Shown here piece by piece: positions 24,464 to 26,455 of a stretch of 26,455 nt of DNA. The position numbers and the translations under genes are program-made. Below the pieces are notes generated by a model. That model searched no databases. It was not told where the DNA came from and saw nothing but the letters and a program-made list of their open reading frames with translations. This stretch comes from Gemmatimonadota bacterium (GTDB lineage: Bacteria > Gemmatimonadota > Gemmatimonadetes > Gemmatimonadales > GWC2-71-9), in the NCBI GenBank assembly GCA_039586365.1, contig JBDHKN010000083.1, positions 1 to 26,455 of the forward strand, given 5' to 3'. Position 1 is the first letter of the stretch, and every line of letters starts with the position of its first letter.

Positions 24464-25963
24464 TTACCGCTTGCGGCGAGTCGTGATCCTGATAACACCG
24501 TTCGCGGCTCGTTCGCCGTAGAGCGCTGCCGCCGCCGGCCCCTTTATCACCTCAATTGACTCGATGTCCTTGGGATCCAGTGCTTCAACGGCTTCCCGTC
24601 CAACAATCTCGCCGTCAATTAGCAGGACCGGGGCCCTTGAGAGCGCCTCAGCGAGTGGCTCCTTCGGCCTCCCCTCCGGAACACCCGCTTGAGGCAGCGC
24701 TTGGTCCGGTTGGTTGCCGATGGTGTCACGGGTCATGATCGTGACCACACCGTTAGCCGCTTTTTCCCCATACAACGATTGGGCCTGCGCACCCTTGATG
24801 ACTTCGATTCTCTCAATTGCGTCTGGCGAGATCCGCATATGCGGCAAGCGAAGTCCCCGTCTTCCCCCGTCACCGACAACAGTCTCCAGGGATTCTGCAT
24901 CCACGATTTCACCGTCAACCAATACCAGTGGTGTGGCAAGGTCCAAGGCAGTTGTTTCACCGACTACTAGTGGTGTGGCGCGGTCCAAGGCAATTGTTTC
25001 ACCGACCGCCTGCCGGCCCACAACAGTGGATTCAGGAGGTCCTTGGTCCGGCTGCTCTGGCAGCGGCGCCTCGCAAGCGAGTAAGGCCAACACACCCGTG
25101 GCTGCGGCAGCGCCGAGTGCTCGGCCGAGGCGGTTACGCGGGTTCCAGGTCATTAGATGAACCCTCCATGCTAGGGCTGACTTGTTTCTAGTGAAGGCCA
25201 ACGCGGGTAGGGGACGGCTGCTCGCCCTGCGGCGGACCTCGAGCAATAGCGAGCCATAGTGGTGCACGTCAACTCCGCGATCGAGCACTCTGCGGTCACA
25301 GTCCGCCTCGATAGCCAGGGAGAGCCGCCGGAGCTGCCACCAGAGGGCGATGTTCCACGGCACCAGCGCGTTCACCACCAAGAACGTGAGCCAGAGGCGC
25401 AGATCGCCCGCTCGCACGTGTTGCTCTTCATGCCGTGAGATGACTTGCTGCAGGTCGCTCTCGGCCTCGAGCACCCAGTTGGGTATGACCACCGAACTGT
25501 TGAAGAATCCCACCACGGCGGGCCCGGTCTCCCGGGACAACAGCACTGGACGGTCACCCAGTCGAGCGTGCCGCCACGACCGGCGCTCCCTCACAAGTCG
25601 TCCGGATGACCACAAGAGCAAACCCAACAGTGTCGCGGACAGCGCCACCCAGAGAACTACGAGAGGCACGTCGAGAGCCTCCAGAGCCGACCCAACAGAA
25701 CTGAATGTCTCAGAAACGCCAGCTGGTACCGTCATAACCGTAGCAGTCACTGCGGCACCTACCGCATCACTCCCCGGTACCTCAGAGGCAGAACCGGGTA
25801 TGACGAGACCCACGAATGGCAACGCGACGGACGCGCACATCGCAACAGCCCACACCAGCCGCGCCGGCAGTCGGTACACTCGCAGACCATACTCGGCGGC
25901 GCGGGCAGCGGCACCGATCAGCACCGCCAGCAACATGCAGTACAGCATCCACGCGGCAATCAC
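24464..25963 (-). CDS. BlaR1/MecR1-like M56 metallopeptidase with two C-terminal TonB-receptor plug-like repeats
   Basis: N-terminal TM helices, 'GPAVVGFF', HExxH 'HEEQHVRAGD', 'PWN..LWW', 'IEADCDRRVL', 'YGSLLL'. Two copies of 'P..L.DG...P..IE.IEVIKG..A..LYGE.AANGV..I.TR'. The GTG start overlaps the blaI stop. Confidence 0.92.
   Translation of the reverse strand: MIAAWMLYCMLLAVLIGAAARAAEYGLRVYRLPARLVWAVAMCASVALPFVGLVIPGSASEVPGSDAVGAAVTATVMTVPAGVSETFSSVGSALEALDVPLVVLWVALSATLLGLLLWSSGRLVRERRSWRHARLGDRPVLLSRETGPAVVGFFNSSVVIPNWVLEAESDLQQVISRHEEQHVRAGDLRLWLTFLVVNALVPWNIALWWQLRRLSLAIEADCDRRVLDRGVDVHHYGSLLLEVRRRASSRPLPALAFTRNKSALAWRVHLMTWNPRNRLGRALGAAAATGVLALLACEAPLPEQPDQGPPESTVVGRQAVGETIALDRATPLVVGETTALDLATPLVLVDGEIVDAESLETVVGDGGRRGLRLPHMRISPDAIERIEVIKGAQAQSLYGEKAANGVVTIMTRDTIGNQPDQALPQAGVPEGRPKEPLAEALSRAPVLLIDGEIVGREAVEALDPKDIESIEVIKGPAAAALYGERAANGVIRITTRRKR
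24923..25006. repeat. 42-bp tandem duplication within the M56 gene
   Basis: Units 24923-24964 and 24965-25006 are 38/42 identical and encode VGETIALDRATPLV / VGETTALDLATPLV. Confidence 0.93.
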
Positions 25964-26334
25964 TCACCCACCTCCTTCAGCCTCTCGTCCAGCATCTTCC
26001 GGATGCGCCGCAGTTCATCCTCAGAGACGGATTCACTGGATAGCAGCCGCGCGACCAACAGCTCACGCGAGCCCCGGTAGACCTTCTCCAGCAACCGGTT
26101 GAGTGTGCGATCCCCGGCTTGACCGGATTCGATGAGCGGCAGGTAGCGGTACGCCCGTCCCTCCGCCTGATGGTGCACGAAGCCCTTCCCCTCCAGCGAC
26201 TGCAGCACTGTCAGAACGGTCGTATAGGCCAGTGGCTCTCCAAGCTGATCCAGCACCTCGGCTACTGTGGCCGAGCCCTTTTCCCAGAGTACCGCCATCA
26301 CATCGAGTTCGCGGTTGGTGAGGTGTTGTGCCAT
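25960..26334 (-). CDS. blaI: BlaI/MecI/CopY-family transcriptional repressor
   Basis: 'LTNRELDVMAVLWEKGSATVAEV', 'LAYTTVLTVLQSLEGKGFV', 'GRAYRY'. Start set to the ATG at 26334 (GGGGA SD); coupled to the M56 gene. Confidence 0.94.
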   Translation of the reverse strand: MAQHLTNRELDVMAVLWEKGSATVAEVLDQLGEPLAYTTVLTVLQSLEGKGFVHHQAEGRAYRYLPLIESGQAGDRTLNRLLEKVYRGSRELLVARLLSSESVSEDELRRIRKMLDERLKEVGE

Positions 26335-26411
26335 GCGATCCCCAGCTAAAGCTTTATGAGACAATCATATAGGGCGATGATGCCAGCCTCGCATTGCTCC
26401 GTACCAAGATT

Positions 26412-26438
26412 GCTACTATCTACCCCGTAGATAGTAGC
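26412..26438. promoter_or_regulatory. Perfect palindrome upstream of blaI (candidate BlaI operator)
   Basis: GCTACTATCTAC-ccc-GTAGATAGTAGC, 12-bp arms containing TAC/GTA half-sites as in BlaI/MecI/CopY boxes. Confidence 0.6.
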
Positions 26439-26455
26439 TGGTTCCAGGGATCTCT

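Noticed and set aside
24464..26334. Beta-lactam resistance locus (blaI-blaR1-blaZ)
   Set aside because: No penicillin-binding sensor domain in the M56 protein and no beta-lactamase in the window.
835..26349. Many long antisense or alternate-frame ORFs (e.g. 835-1782, 5503-6108, 7948-8646, 8989-9750, 15992-16636, 25350-26102)
   Set aside because: They overlap well-supported genes, have no recognisable motifs, and are expected shadows in GC-rich DNA.

Overview
GC-rich bacterial window whose gene content suggests Gemmatimonadota or an Acidobacteriota-like lineage (inference from ADOP permeases, a PadR of the ADOP-associated type, DUF5916, VPS10-like and tricorn proteins, and an 'ERLDFAERLL' small protein). 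It holds 16 protein-coding genes (the first truncated at the left edge), mostly envelope or exported functions. In order: 3' end of an ADOP permease, an iorAB-like molybdoenzyme pair, tricorn protease, DHA2 MFS exporter, Tat-signal aldo/keto reductase, VPS10/BNR propeller protein, two exported hypotheticals sharing a small domain, a CoA-binding protein, an amidohydrolase, a DUF5916 protein divergent from padR-ADOP, a small membrane coiled-coil protein, and a blaI + M56 peptidase pair whose sensor region is two barrel-less TonB-receptor plug-like repeats. Two short gene relics (GH27 alpha-galactosidase and an atypical SDR) lie in intergenic DNA. The best leads are (i) an internal SD-ATG-lipoprotein signal inside the M56 gene, (ii) an internal start in the ADOP gene behind a PadR-partner-like N-terminal domain, and (iii) candidate operators for both repressors. 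I recognised no rRNA, tRNA, CRISPR array, transposase or integrase. All family calls are motif recognition by eye; no database search was run.
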